Below are positions 10,837-21,317 of a stretch of DNA of 64,000 nt, piece after piece. The stretch is taken from positions 232,595 to 296,594 of IMG/VR virus record IMGVR_UViG_3300049460_000128; one strand, written 5' to 3'. The first letter of the stretch is position 1. Every line of letters starts with the position of its first letter. Both the position numbers and the translations under genes were made by a program. A model generated the notes under the pieces. That model had not been told where the DNA came from. It did not search any database and saw only the letters and a program-made list of their open reading frames with translations.

Positions 10837-10915
10837 TGGTTTTTATTGTTATGAATGTTTGGCACTACGATGTTACGGCAACAGGGGATCAGCCTCGCCA
10901 ATCCCCTGTTTTTCG

Positions 10916-13222
10916 TTAAGCCGCTACCGCGACTGATTTGAAGCTGTCCAGCTTAATCTCGCCGTTTTCCAACACGACATTCACAACCGAACCTTGGCCC
11001 AATTGATCGAAGATCATAGCTTTACTGAGCGGCTTCTTGACCTTGTCTTGAATCAGACGGTCAAGTGGGCGGGCGCCCATCGCCGGATCGTAGCCCTTGT
11101 CGGCCAGATAACCCAGTGCTTCGTCGCTGAAGTTCAGCGTGATGCCTTTTTGACCAACTTTGTCCACCACCACTTTGATGAACTTATTGACAATTTTCAG
11201 CATGTTGGTGCGGCCCAAAGCTTTGAAGCGCACGATTGCATCCAGACGATTGCGGAACTCTGGAGAGAACAAACGATTCACCACATCCTTGTCTTCGTCT
11301 GCGCGATCCTGCATTGCAAAACCCAACGGAGCCTTGGCTGCATCACTAGCACCCGCGTTACTGGTCATGATGACAATAACTTGATTGAATGGTACCATCT
11401 TACCAGCACTATTCGTCAGCTCGCCGTGATCAAACACTTGCAGGAACAAGTTGAAGATATCCGGATGCGCCTTTTCAACTTCGTCGAGCAGCAGCACGCA
11501 GCTTGGCGTCTTTTCAATCGCATTCACGAGCAAGCCATTGCCAGCACCGCCTTCGCCGTAACCCACGTAGCCAGGAGCCGCGCCGATCAGTTTGGCAACC
11601 GAGTGTTTTTCCATGTATTCGCTCATATCGAAGCGAACGATTGGCAATGACAGCGATTCAGCCAAGATCTTGGCGGTTTCAGTTTTACCGACACCAGTAG
11701 GGCCAGTGAACAGGTATGCGCCGGCGGTCTTGTTGTCGTCACGCAGACCAGCACGAGCAACAATCACGCCGTCATTCAGGGTTTCCAGTGCGCCATCTTG
11801 ACCCATTACACCAGCTTGCAACTTGCTTTGCAGCTTCAGCAGAACTTCGCGCTCATCGCCGTCGATGTTTTCAACTGGGATATGGGCTACTTTGCTGACT
11901 TCCACCTGGATGAGTTCCGAGGTGATGACCGTGGCTTTGTCAGCGTCCTTGACACGTTGGCGCGAACCAGCAGCATCCAGAATGTTGATAGCTTTGTCAG
12001 GCAGTTTCTGGCTTGGCATGAAACGAGCAGTCAGGTCAACTGCTTTATCCAGGGCTTCGTCCGTAAAGGTGACGCCGTGGAAAGCTTCGTACGATGCACG
12101 CAGACCACGCAGGATCAGTTTGCAATTTTCAATCGAAGGCTCGTTGACGTCCAGCTTGTGGAAGCGGCGCATCAGGGCGCGATCTTTCTCGAAATACTTG
12201 CGGTATTCTTCGTAAGTGGTCGAGCCGATGCAACGCAGTTTGCCTTTTGCCAAAGCCGGTTTCAGCAGATTGGCAACGTCCATGCCGCCCTGATTACTAC
12301 CCGCACCAGCACCCATGATCATGTGGATCTCGTCGATGAACAGGATTGGATCTTCGATGAACGACAGCGCTTGCAGGACGTGTTTCATGCGCTCTTCGAA
12401 GTCACCGCGGAACTTTGTGCCGGCGATCAGGTTGCCGATTTCCAGACTGTACACGACACTGTCGCGGATGATCGATGGGACTTTGCCCTGGACAATCATG
12501 TGGGCCAGACCTTCAGCAATGGCGGTCTTACCAACACCAGGATCGCCGACCATGATGACGTTATTGGAGCGACGACGTGCAGTGATCTGGATGATTTCTG
12601 CAACTTCGTTTTCACGGCCGATAACAGGATCGATGTCGCCGTTTGCTGCTACTTCGTTGAGGTTGATCGTGTACTTGGCCAGGAACGCGACAGCTTCGTC
12701 TTTGTTCGTGATGTCTTTTTGGCGCACTTCGCCGTCAGGACCACGCTGGACGTTTGGTTGACCTTGTGGGCTTGCTTCTTGTTCGCTGGCACCGAAGTAT
12801 TCTTTCAGACTCAGCGGATCGAGGCCGATCTTGTGCAGGAAGTGGGCGGCATGACTGTCGTCTTGTTCGGCCACACCCAGCAGCAAGTCAGCAGCGGTTG
12901 CTTGTTTGCGCTTGGTGAACATCGCATGGGCAACGACGTGTTGAACAGTGTTGCCCAACGTTTCGGTTTGGCGAACTTGCCAATTGGCAGGGGCTTGGGG
13001 AATGAATGGACCTTCCATGTAGTCGGTCAGGATACCACGCAGGTCATCTTGATCGATTTGGAAAGATTCGAAGATCGTTTTTACTTCTTGTTCTTCGATC
13101 AATGCAAACAGCAAGTGTTCTTGTGTTACGTATTCGTGGTCATACTTCCGTGCAAGCTCAAATGCTGCGCGCACGATGCGTATCGCCTCGGCGTTGTCAA
13201 ACTCCGTGGATTTATTGCTCAT
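10916..13222 (-). CDS. clpA: ClpA-like AAA+ chaperone/unfoldase
   Basis: Clp N domain; Walker A GDPGVGKT and GPTGVGKT; KFRGDFEER; RFDMSEYMEKHSV; PEFRNRLD. Confidence 0.95.
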   Translation of the reverse strand: MSNKSTEFDNAEAIRIVRAAFELARKYDHEYVTQEHLLFALIEEQEVKTIFESFQIDQDDLRGILTDYMEGPFIPQAPANWQVRQTETLGNTVQHVVAHAMFTKRKQATAADLLLGVAEQDDSHAAHFLHKIGLDPLSLKEYFGASEQEASPQGQPNVQRGPDGEVRQKDITNKDEAVAFLAKYTINLNEVAANGDIDPVIGRENEVAEIIQITARRRSNNVIMVGDPGVGKTAIAEGLAHMIVQGKVPSIIRDSVVYSLEIGNLIAGTKFRGDFEERMKHVLQALSFIEDPILFIDEIHMIMGAGAGSNQGGMDVANLLKPALAKGKLRCIGSTTYEEYRKYFEKDRALMRRFHKLDVNEPSIENCKLILRGLRASYEAFHGVTFTDEALDKAVDLTARFMPSQKLPDKAINILDAAGSRQRVKDADKATVITSELIQVEVSKVAHIPVENIDGDEREVLLKLQSKLQAGVMGQDGALETLNDGVIVARAGLRDDNKTAGAYLFTGPTGVGKTETAKILAESLSLPIVRFDMSEYMEKHSVAKLIGAAPGYVGYGEGGAGNGLLVNAIEKTPSCVLLLDEVEKAHPDIFNLFLQVFDHGELTNSAGKMVPFNQVIVIMTSNAGASDAAKAPLGFAMQDRADEDKDVVNRLFSPEFRNRLDAIVRFKALGRTNMLKIVNKFIKVVVDKVGQKGITLNFSDEALGYLADKGYDPAMGARPLDRLIQDKVKKPLSKAMIFDQLGQGSVVNVVLENGEIKLDSFKSVAVAA

Positions 13223-13256
13223 TAGTTTTCCTTATGCTGGCCCGTTTTGCTTCTCT

Positions 13257-13676
13257 TCACCTGCCATTCTTGCGATATTGCAGATTGGCTTGGTATATAC
13301 TGTTAGCCAGTGTAACACCTGCTTGTAGTTTGTCAAGGCAGAATTTGCCATTTCCTAAAAAAATGGCATGATGGATTTGGTCACGATATGGCGTCAGTTC
13401 GCGCTGAATGAGCGACACAATTGCTTGACGGTCGCTGTGACGAACAAAGTAGCCAGATTGGGATTTAGTTTCGAGACCATACAGCTCGCCATTTATCTCC
13501 TCAACACGCTGGTCGAGATCATGTTCGGCATCGATGCAAGTTTGAGCACCGCGTTGCGATTGGCGAACAACACCGTCATTTACACCCTGGGCAATGGGAA
13601 TGCCAGCTTCGTTGTACTGTTGCGCCCATACAACTTCTGGCAATGCCAGGGCTAACAGCAAAATGACAGATTTCAT
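13257..13676 (-). CDS. Secreted hypothetical protein
   Basis: RBS GGAG; signal-peptide-like MKSVILLLALALPEVVWA; sigma70 -35 TTGATT at 13729-13734. Confidence 0.7.
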   Translation of the reverse strand: MKSVILLLALALPEVVWAQQYNEAGIPIAQGVNDGVVRQSQRGAQTCIDAEHDLDQRVEEINGELYGLETKSQSGYFVRHSDRQAIVSLIQRELTPYRDQIHHAIFLGNGKFCLDKLQAGVTLANSIYQANLQYRKNGR

Positions 13677-13730
13677 TTGTGTGCTCCAGTATATCGTAAT
13701 ACCACATTGTTGCACACAAATGAATAAAAA

Positions 13731-14663
13731 TCAACTACTTAATGAGTCGCGAATGTCAACAAGTTCAAGTATCTGAGCATCAGTCAATTGCATGATATCT
13801 GGAACCACTGACACAAACTCAATAAACATGTCACCACGACGGCTAGCATGTTGGATGTTCATGCCATGATTTGGAATACGAATTTTGGAATGGGGCTGAG
13901 TGCCGGCACGAACTTGAACGAGCAGCTTCTTACCATCAATGGTCGGTACAGTAAGTTCAGTACCAATCATCAAATCCAAGACATTGATTTTTTGCAAGAA
14001 TGTAATCGTGCTATCTTCACGCAAAAACTGTTCATGCTTAGTAACATGGATGGTCACATACAAGTCGCTGATCTTCACATTGGCATGTTGCCGCCAACCA
14101 CCACCCTTACAACGAACTTGTTGACCGTCGTTAATACCAGGCGGAATGGTAACTTGCACCGTGATTGGTGTGAGATTGGACGTATTGTAGAACCGTGATG
14201 ACGCCGATGGCTTTGGAACATACGTGACATTACTGACAATGCCCGTATGTGCTTCTTCCAACGTAATATTAACGTCAACGAACTGGTCAGGATTTACCTT
14301 GTTACCCCAGTCGCTATAGTCATCTTGCGGGTAGGCTTTGCTATGACGACGCAGCAGTTCATCAATATCGTCAAAGTCGCCGCGCTTGGACTCCCAGGCT
14401 TCCTTGAAGTAGTCGGCCGAATCCCAGGAACGAGTACTGGCACGTGGTCTCGTGCTGCGATCATATGTATCACGCTTATCTGGGTCAGTCAAGACCTCAT
14501 ATGACTCTTTGATTTGTTTGAACTTATCTTCTGCGCCTGCATCCGAATTGCGATCCGGATGGTATTTCATGGCGAGCTTGCGATATGCTTTTTTGATTTC
14601 ATCCTCGGTTGCCGTTTTGGCTACACCGAGGATTTCGTAGTGATCATTTTTTTGTTGTGTCAT
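13731..14663 (-). CDS. dnaJ: DnaJ/CbpA-type co-chaperone (no Zn finger)
   Basis: DHYEILGV...[17 protein letters not shown]-domain plus DnaJ C-terminal domain. Confidence 0.92.
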   Translation of the reverse strand: MTQQKNDHYEILGVAKTATEDEIKKAYRKLAMKYHPDRNSDAGAEDKFKQIKESYEVLTDPDKRDTYDRSTRPRASTRSWDSADYFKEAWESKRGDFDDIDELLRRHSKAYPQDDYSDWGNKVNPDQFVDVNITLEEAHTGIVSNVTYVPKPSASSRFYNTSNLTPITVQVTIPPGINDGQQVRCKGGGWRQHANVKISDLYVTIHVTKHEQFLREDSTITFLQKINVLDLMIGTELTVPTIDGKKLLVQVRAGTQPHSKIRIPNHGMNIQHASRRGDMFIEFVSVVPDIMQLTDAQILELVDIRDSLSS

Positions 14664-15030
14664 TCTGATCTTTCGGGGTGGTATCACGACGAAGGTTGAT
14701 AACACCTGTTGTATATTGGATCACAGATTTCTGCTCCAAAATATACCGTTGCATTTCGTCAAGGTTGCCAGTCAAATTTTGGAGATTGTCTTGGTCCAGT
14801 GAGTATAGCACGATGGTTGCCGTCTTGTCTGTTAGCAGCTTTTCTAATTCTGGTCTAGTCAAAATAACCCAATTAACTGGCTTCAAAACCATAGGCTGTG
14901 CGGTTGGGATTGACGCAATGTCACCAATTGGCTGTGGGACAATCACAACTTCTGGCTTCTTGGTCTCCCACAATGCACATCCACTAAGACCGAACAGCAA
15001 TATGAATATGGCTAGAATTTTACTTACCAT
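14644..15030 (-). CDS. Outer-membrane spanin (o-spanin, lipoprotein)
   Basis: Lipobox LSGC, Pro-rich segment, overlaps the i-spanin 3' end. Confidence 0.75.
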   Translation of the reverse strand: MVSKILAIFILLFGLSGCALWETKKPEVVIVPQPIGDIASIPTAQPMVLKPVNWVILTRPELEKLLTDKTATIVLYSLDQDNLQNLTGNLDEMQRYILEQKSVIQYTTGVINLRRDTTPKDQNDTTKK

Positions 15031-15457
15031 TTTGAACACCCTTCGTGGCAGTATTGAGCTTGTCAAAGTAATCATTGAACGACTTGTTCAATTGATTTTG
15101 CGAGTCCTTAACGTTAGACGTAACTTGTGTTTTGAACTTAGACGAATTGACCACATTCGACAACGCATTGGCATTGGCGCGAATGTTCGTCAACTGAACG
15201 TTGAAGGTGTCATTCAGCTCTTTGATGCTCTTGATGTCAGACGCCAATACTTCATTTGCTGCTTTGATCTGTGTGTTTTGTTCTTGCAAACTGGCAATGA
15301 TGGCCTTGTTGGATTCAACGGTGGCTTTCATATTTTCCAGATATGAATACAAGAAAAATACGCCGCCAAGAATCAATCCAATACCAATAATCCAAGGCAA
15401 AAACTGCTTCAGATATTTGCCTATTGTGTTTGATGCAAACCATTCAAGTAGAAACAT
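15020..15457 (-). CDS. Inner-membrane spanin (i-spanin)
   Basis: N-terminal TM helix followed by a long coiled coil; directly upstream of the lipoprotein. Confidence 0.75.
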   Translation of the reverse strand: MFLLEWFASNTIGKYLKQFLPWIIGIGLILGGVFFLYSYLENMKATVESNKAIIASLQEQNTQIKAANEVLASDIKSIKELNDTFNVQLTNIRANANALSNVVNSSKFKTQVTSNVKDSQNQLNKSFNDYFDKLNTATKGVQNGK

Positions 15458-15490
15458 ATAAACCTCTTGGGGAGCGAACTCCCCCGTAAA

Positions 15491-18400
15491 TTAAGCGTAA
15501 ACGCCAGTCATGGTGTACCATTGGCTAGTGGTGGTGGCAACAAACATCAGACGAGCGTTCGGGCCCAGCGAATAGGCGGCATTCAAGCCCAGTGCATCAA
15601 TTGCGACACTCGCCGACGGGAACACACTGATTGTCACCCCGGTAGTATTGATCAAGATACACGTCTGACCTGCGACTGGTACTGGCAATACTACCGCCTG
15701 CGCGGTACCAGCAGTCGCAGTAGAAATTACTGTGATCTGATTGGTGATGCTTGCTCCATTACCCTGTGTACTACCAGCAGCCGCCAAACTTGGTGATACC
15801 GAACTGATAACAAAACGTCCTGTCACATTACCAGTCGCAGTAATGTTTGTGGTGGACGTAATAGCACCGGCAACATTCAATGACGTCAATGTGCCAACCG
15901 AGGTAATTGCTGGTTGAGCTGCATTGGTGACCGTCTGTGCGCTGGTGGCGGTGGCAGCATTGCCAGTTGTGTTACCTGATGCATCTATGTTGAGGGCGAC
16001 GATCTTTGCCAACACACCACTAGCAGTAATACCATTCCATACGTTCACTTGCGTGATAGCACCAGATGCTCCCCGGTAGTTCATATTCAACTGCCCGCCA
16101 GCGAAGCCATTAGCCAGTGTCATCTCATTGGTATTGTCAACGTTCTTATAGCCCGTCAGATTGCCCGTCAGATTGCCCGTAAATGATGGCGCGGTAACAA
16201 TACCAGGGACAGTCAACGCACCAGCATCAGTCACCGTCAAAATAGGGGTCGAGTACGCGTCGTTGAGAACTTGGAAGTTGCCATTTTGTGAGCGGACATA
16301 TTTGATTGGAGTTGTCGCACCATTACCAACCAGTTTGATATTGGCTCCGTTTGCACCGGTGTCAGTGATCAATATTGAGGTTGATGAACCTGATGTAGTT
16401 ACATTCAAATTGCCCGTCAATGTGCCACCAGTAAGCGGCAGTTTTGTGGCATCAGCAACAGTTATATTCGCGGTACCGTCAAATGCGACACCATTTATAG
16501 TACGAGCAGTTTGAAGCTTGGTTGCAGTTGCCGCATTGCCCGATGTGTTACCTTGGGATATCGCATTAGTTACAAATGCCGTAGTTGCAATTAGCTGTGA
16601 GTTATCAGATGGTGGCTGAGTTCCGGCTGTCCACAAACCACTCAAATTCATTGTCGTGTCTGAAATTTGCTGGATCGATGCCATTGCAACACCAGCCCCG
16701 TAGGTGCTAGTGCTAGTCAGGAACGAAATTGGTTGAGTAACCGCCGTATTACTGGCTGGTTTCAAGGCAATACCATACTGAGTTCCATTCCCCGTGTAAT
16801 TGATAGTCACACCCGAGCTGACACCCGTATATGCGCCAGTTGCACCATTGAGGTAAGCAAGACCAGTACTCTGAAGGTTGGTTGCACTAAGGGTACCGCT
16901 TACGGTAGCACCTAAGGTGGTAGTTTGGAATCGTTGACTACCTGCAACGAATGATGTGAATGTACCATCAGGAGCAACCGTAACTCTTGAGGTATTGCCA
17001 ACCATATCAAAAAGAATCAAGTTAGTTCCACCTGCGGAGCCATCAACACCTACAGCCCAACCCAGAACACCAGTATCACGGTAGAATTTAATTTGACCAT
17101 TGCCGCCAACACTAGCAGTTGGATTACCAGCAAACACATGACCAGTTGCATTGACTGAGGTCGCTGACGTAATGGCTCCAGATACAGTCAATGGGCCAGT
17201 CATAGCATCGCCTGCCTTATTGACTGGTGTAAAACCCAACGCACTAGTGATATCACTCGGAATCACGGAAGTCGTCCCCGTCACACGGCCGTAACCGTCA
17301 GTATTCAATTTACGGAACAAGCCAGTACCTGAGTCAGTAACCAGAGCTAAATCCAGTCCGCCAACACTTGATACAATACGGGTTGCAGAAGCCGACAGTG
17401 CCGAAATAGTAGATCCGGTTTTAGTCAAACCATTGCCAGCAATGACTTGGCCCAAGCCCGTAAATTGAGCAAAGGTGAGTGAGGTTGTACCAAGAACAAT
17501 CGCACCATCAGTAGTCAAAACCCAACCTGTGTCGCCATTCGTTGTACCTTGTTCAATGAAGCAATACAATCCAGCAGACACTTCTTGACCAGGTGTATTA
17601 TCTGCGTCCAATGAACGAGCCCACGCACCAGCAGCGACCACGTAGATACCGTTTTGGGTAGCCGTAGTTTGATCTTTAACCAGCACACGATCGCCGGCCA
17701 CAACCGCAACACCGTCAATAGTTTGAGTTCCGGTCAATGCGATATTCGTTGTAGTTGCAACCTTAACCGATGCTTTGAAATCAAGTCCGGTCGTAATGTT
17801 ATCAACATATTGTTTGGTGGCATAATGCGTAGCATTCGTTGGATCAATACCAGTCACAGCATTATTGAAAGTCCAAGTTCCGGCAATAGTTTCGTTGTCT
17901 GCTACGCGAGCCAGCAAACCACCATTCGTAATCTGAGTTTCAACAATAGTCAGAGCAGCTTGATGCTGTGTGACATTCGATGCGGCGATACGAGCATCAG
18001 CAAAGGTACCAGAGGTCACTTGTGACGTAGCAATATCAATTGGAGTCGCACTTACTGCGGTGATCAAACCTTTAGCATTCGCGGTCAAAATTACCGTGTT
18101 GGCTGCCGCACCAAATGAGCCCACATTAGAATTGACGGTTGCCAATGTCAGCGCACTGGATACATCAGCGGAACCATCAACAGCAGCGAGTGTGGCAGTT
18201 GCATCACCAGTGATCGACAAGGAACGGGCATTGGTCCACTTCAATGCAGACGCCACTGATCCACCCGTAGCAGTTGATACGGCATTTGATACGAATGCCG
18301 TAGTAGCCAACTGAGTAGTATTGGTACCAGAAGCGGCGGTTGGTGCAATAGGGATACCAGTCAATGCCGGCGAGGCCAATGGCGCAGCACCTGATACATC

Positions 18401-19381
18401 AGCAACCGCCAAGACTACATTGCCATTACGTCCAGCAACCGTTTGCACAGGAGCAGCAGCCGAAGCACGGGCATTCGTGTAATAGAGGTTAGTGCCTTCG
18501 GCCAAATTGGTGGTCGACTTGGCAGCAAATGCGGCATCAAAACGGGCCTGAGTGTAGTACAAGTTAGACGTACCTTCAGCAGTCACATCAGTCGTGAAGC
18601 TGATGTCGTGGGTGCCATCAAACGGTGTGCTATTGATGTTACGGGCAGTGGTCAATTTGTTAGCTGAACTTGCAGTACCACCAGAAATCTGAGTGTCAAC
18701 ATAGTTCTTGGTAGCAGCACCCAGTGGTAGTACAGGGTCAGCATTCAGAATTAATGCACCTGTCATCGTGTCGCCAGTCTTATTCATGGCATTTACGACA
18801 TCGGACAAATTGATAACCACATTGCCGGTACGGCCAGCAACAGTTTGCACAGGAGCAGCCGCAGATGCGCGTGCATTCGTGTAATACAGATTCGTACCTT
18901 CAGTCAAATTAGTGGTCGACTTAGCAGCAAATGCGGTATTGAAACGCGCTTGAGTATAGTAGAGGTTTGAACCTTCCGTAAGATCATTGGTGGTCTTCGC
19001 ACCCAATGCAGCATCGAAACGTGCTTGAGTATAATAGAGGTTCGTACCTTCAAACAAGTTGGTGGTAGTCTTATTACCGAACGCAGAGTCAAAGCGTCCT
19101 TGGGTGTAATACAGATTACTTTCTTCCAAGACACTGTTGGTCCCAAATGAAATATCCTGAGTGCCATCGAAGACCACACCATTGATTTTACGCCCAGTCA
19201 TCAACTTTACTGCTGTGGCGGCATCTTTACCAATTTCCAAAATGCTTTCAACAGTAAGGACACTACGTTTCATGAACATCTTACCATCGGTAGTGTTCAA
19301 TTGCAGTTCACCGATGGACAGGTCGGTGGTAGCTGGTACGAAACCAGCAACATCAGAGCGTTTAATTAGAATTTTTGCCAT
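15491..19381 (-). CDS. Long tail/whisker fibre with Mtd_N-like head (1296 aa)
   Basis: MAKILIKRS...GELQLNTTDGKMFMK; three KLxTARxINGxxFDGT motifs; six NLYYT repeats; late promoter ATAAATA at 19429-19435. Confidence 0.92.
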   Translation of the reverse strand: MAKILIKRSDVAGFVPATTDLSIGELQLNTTDGKMFMKRSVLTVESILEIGKDAATAVKLMTGRKINGVVFDGTQDISFGTNSVLEESNLYYTQGRFDSAFGNKTTTNLFEGTNLYYTQARFDAALGAKTTNDLTEGSNLYYTQARFNTAFAAKSTTNLTEGTNLYYTNARASAAAPVQTVAGRTGNVVINLSDVVNAMNKTGDTMTGALILNADPVLPLGAATKNYVDTQISGGTASSANKLTTARNINSTPFDGTHDISFTTDVTAEGTSNLYYTQARFDAAFAAKSTTNLAEGTNLYYTNARASAAAPVQTVAGRNGNVVLAVADVSGAAPLASPALTGIPIAPTAASGTNTTQLATTAFVSNAVSTATGGSVASALKWTNARSLSITGDATATLAAVDGSADVSSALTLATVNSNVGSFGAAANTVILTANAKGLITAVSATPIDIATSQVTSGTFADARIAASNVTQHQAALTIVETQITNGGLLARVADNETIAGTWTFNNAVTGIDPTNATHYATKQYVDNITTGLDFKASVKVATTTNIALTGTQTIDGVAVVAGDRVLVKDQTTATQNGIYVVAAGAWARSLDADNTPGQEVSAGLYCFIEQGTTNGDTGWVLTTDGAIVLGTTSLTFAQFTGLGQVIAGNGLTKTGSTISALSASATRIVSSVGGLDLALVTDSGTGLFRKLNTDGYGRVTGTTSVIPSDITSALGFTPVNKAGDAMTGPLTVSGAITSATSVNATGHVFAGNPTASVGGNGQIKFYRDTGVLGWAVGVDGSAGGTNLILFDMVGNTSRVTVAPDGTFTSFVAGSQRFQTTTLGATVSGTLSATNLQSTGLAYLNGATGAYTGVSSGVTINYTGNGTQYGIALKPASNTAVTQPISFLTSTSTYGAGVAMASIQQISDTTMNLSGLWTAGTQPPSDNSQLIATTAFVTNAISQGNTSGNAATATKLQTARTINGVAFDGTANITVADATKLPLTGGTLTGNLNVTTSGSSTSILITDTGANGANIKLVGNGATTPIKYVRSQNGNFQVLNDAYSTPILTVTDAGALTVPGIVTAPSFTGNLTGNLTGYKNVDNTNEMTLANGFAGGQLNMNYRGASGAITQVNVWNGITASGVLAKIVALNIDASGNTTGNAATATSAQTVTNAAQPAITSVGTLTSLNVAGAITSTTNITATGNVTGRFVISSVSPSLAAAGSTQGNGASITNQITVISTATAGTAQAVVLPVPVAGQTCILINTTGVTISVFPSASVAIDALGLNAAYSLGPNARLMFVATTTSQWYTMTGVYA
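18430..19140 (-). repeat. About 75-bp (25-aa) NLYYTQARF repeats and duplicated AAAPVQTVAGR block
   Basis: Four tandem plus two further copies in the translation; DNA near 18430-18570 resembles 18830-18970. Boundaries approximate. Confidence 0.85.
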
Positions 19382-19562
19382 ATCGATCCTTAAGACAAGT
19401 GGCGAGCTGAAGCCCACCGTGTACACGTTATTTATGTCACGTATACGGCCATCAACTAAAAGTGAATTTATTGTATGAAAAACACTTGTAAGTGAAATCT
19501 AATGGCTATACCATTTGTTCGCTGTCAACACTGAATTTTCATTTTATTCATTTGGAGAAGAT

Positions 19563-20642
19563 ATGACCGAAGCCACTACCTCGGAATTGATCGAGCTGGT
19601 AATCAGTTTCGACACCACGGGTTCCATGTATCCATGTCTGGCCGAAGTGCGCCGTCGTGTTGACGAGACCGTCAAACGCCTGTTCGCCGAAATCCCTAAC
19701 CTGCGCATCGGCATCGTTGCCCATGGCGACTATTGCGACGCCGACATCTACGTCACCAAACACCTGCAACTGACCAACGATCCGAACGCTGTTTCCTACT
19801 TCGTGAAGAACGTCGAACGCACCGGCGGCGGCGACTTCCCAGAGTGCTACGAGCTGGTACTCCACGAAGTTGCCAACAAAATGGCATGGACTCCTGGTTC
19901 CAAGCGCGTCCTGGCAATGATCGGTGACGCAACGCCGCACCCGAAAGCCCACAACCCAGGCAAGCTGGACTGGAAAGAAGAACTGAATCGTGTGATCGAC
20001 CAGGGTGTCGTGGTTCACGGCGTTCAAGCAATGAACGTCCACAGCTCCTCGTCCTTCTACCGCGAACTGGCCGACCGCAGCGGCGGCGCCCACCTGAACC
20101 TGAATCAGTTCAACGAAGCCACTGAAATGCTGCTGGCCATGGCCTACCACCAACAAGGTCCTGAAGCGTTCCAGAAATACGAAGAAGAAATCGTGACCAA
20201 GAAGAAAATGACCCGCAGTCTGTCGGGCATCTTCGACAAACTCTCGCGTCGCGATACCACCAGTGGCCGTTACCGCACCATCGATGCCCGTGCCGTTGAC
20301 GCCGGCCGCTTCCAACAGATCGAAGTCGATGCCGACCAACCGATCAAGGACGTGGTTGCAAGCAATGGCCTGGTGTTCAAGACCGGCCGTGGCTTCTACG
20401 AATTCACCAAGCGTGAAACCATCCAGGCCAAGAAAGAAGTCGTTATCCTGGACAAGGAAACCGGCGACATGTACCAGGGCGCCGCGGCGCGCGAAGTGCT
20501 GGGTCTGCCAATCGGCGAAAGCACCGACATTTCGCCGACCTTCGACAAGGCCAAGTACACGGTGTTCGTTCAGTCCACGTCGAACAACCGCAAACTGATC
20601 GGCGGTACGACGTTCCTGTACGAAGTCGACTCGGCCGTGTAA
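19563..20642 (+). CDS. von Willebrand factor A domain protein with an extra C-terminal domain
   Basis: MIDAS DTTGSM, GGGDFPECYE, MIGDATPH; strongly C-ending codons; RBS GGAG. Confidence 0.88.
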   Translation: MTEATTSELIELVISFDTTGSMYPCLAEVRRRVDETVKRLFAEIPNLRIGIVAHGDYCDADIYVTKHLQLTNDPNAVSYFVKNVERTGGGDFPECYELVLHEVANKMAWTPGSKRVLAMIGDATPHPKAHNPGKLDWKEELNRVIDQGVVVHGVQAMNVHSSSSFYRELADRSGGAHLNLNQFNEATEMLLAMAYHQQGPEAFQKYEEEIVTKKKMTRSLSGIFDKLSRRDTTSGRYRTIDARAVDAGRFQQIEVDADQPIKDVVASNGLVFKTGRGFYEFTKRETIQAKKEVVILDKETGDMYQGAAAREVLGLPIGESTDISPTFDKAKYTVFVQSTSNNRKLIGGTTFLYEVDSAV

Positions 20643-20656
20643 CCCACGTCGATCTC

Positions 20657-20684
20657 AAAAGCCCAGGACATCCTGGGCTTTTTT
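20657..20684 (+). terminator. Intrinsic terminator
   Basis: GCCCAGGA-ca-TCCTGGGC plus T6. Confidence 0.85.
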
Positions 20685-20730
20685 ACGACTGTTGATATTG
20701 ATTCATAGCGCCATGGTTGTATCATGAGGC

Positions 20731-20991
20731 ATGATTACATTTGAACTACTTAATTGGCCTGAAACATCAGAACTGGATGAAGCTTTGGACTATCTCAATA
20801 TCACGGCATATTGGGTTTCAGGTTTTGAAGATTTTGGTGGTTATCAAATGAGTACTCGATATGTCTGGATCGAATATATTCGTTTCGCAAATGACAGTGA
20901 TGCGGCCCTGTTTGTTCTAACATATGGTGATAAATACCAGCCACAAAAAACCGATCGTGAGATCAAACATGGAATCACCCCATACTACTAA
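20731..20991 (+). CDS. FxDExDA-family small protein
   Basis: IRFANDSDAALFVLTYG; -10 TATCAT lies 5 nt before ATG. Confidence 0.8.
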   Translation: MITFELLNWPETSELDEALDYLNITAYWVSGFEDFGGYQMSTRYVWIEYIRFANDSDAALFVLTYGDKYQPQKTDREIKHGITPYY

Positions 20992-21263
20992 TGACAACAT
21001 TCAAAGTTTATCACGAACTAGACGTGCGCCGCTGGCGAAAAGACGAAGTAGAACAACAAGTCGGTAATGCACTGGAATTCAATTCATATAAGGTCTATAT
21101 CGATGAATTGGCTGGCTGCTATATGGCTATCACTATGATTCAATTTAGTGATGAAGATGATGCCGTAATGTTCCGCTTAAAGTATGGCGATACCTGGAAT
21201 GCATCAGCCATGTTGGCCTCAGAGTTCCGTGAAGGTCACAAAAGGTCATACGTGGGAGGCTAA
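20991..21263 (+). CDS. FxDExDA-family small protein
   Basis: IQFSDEDDAVMFRLKYG. Confidence 0.8.
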   Translation: MTTFKVYHELDVRRWRKDEVEQQVGNALEFNSYKVYIDELAGCYMAITMIQFSDEDDAVMFRLKYGDTWNASAMLASEFREGHKRSYVGG

Positions 21264-21285
21264 TGTTCATTTGTCCAAAAAGTTG

Positions 21286-21292
21286 ATAAATA
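21286..21292 (+). promoter_or_regulatory. Late promoter ATAAATA inside a hairpin
   Basis: GTTGATA 21282-88 / TATCAAC 21296-302; outer TGTCC 21272-76 / GGACA 21308-12 overlaps the RBS. Confidence 0.6.
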
Positions 21293-21317
21293 CAATATCA
21301 ACCTCGAGGACACTTCC

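Noticed and set aside
11798-13225. 475-aa plus-strand ORF and other long ORFs opposite clpA
   Set aside because: Antisense shadows caused by biased codon usage.
18430-19140. CRISPR-like regular repeats
   Set aside because: 75-bp in-frame coding repeats with degenerate third positions and no unique spacers; no cas genes.
3658-19381. Diversity-generating retroelement suggested by Mtd_N domains
   Set aside because: No reverse transcriptase, Avd or adenine-mismatched TR/VR pair seen; the repeats are in-frame structural repeats.
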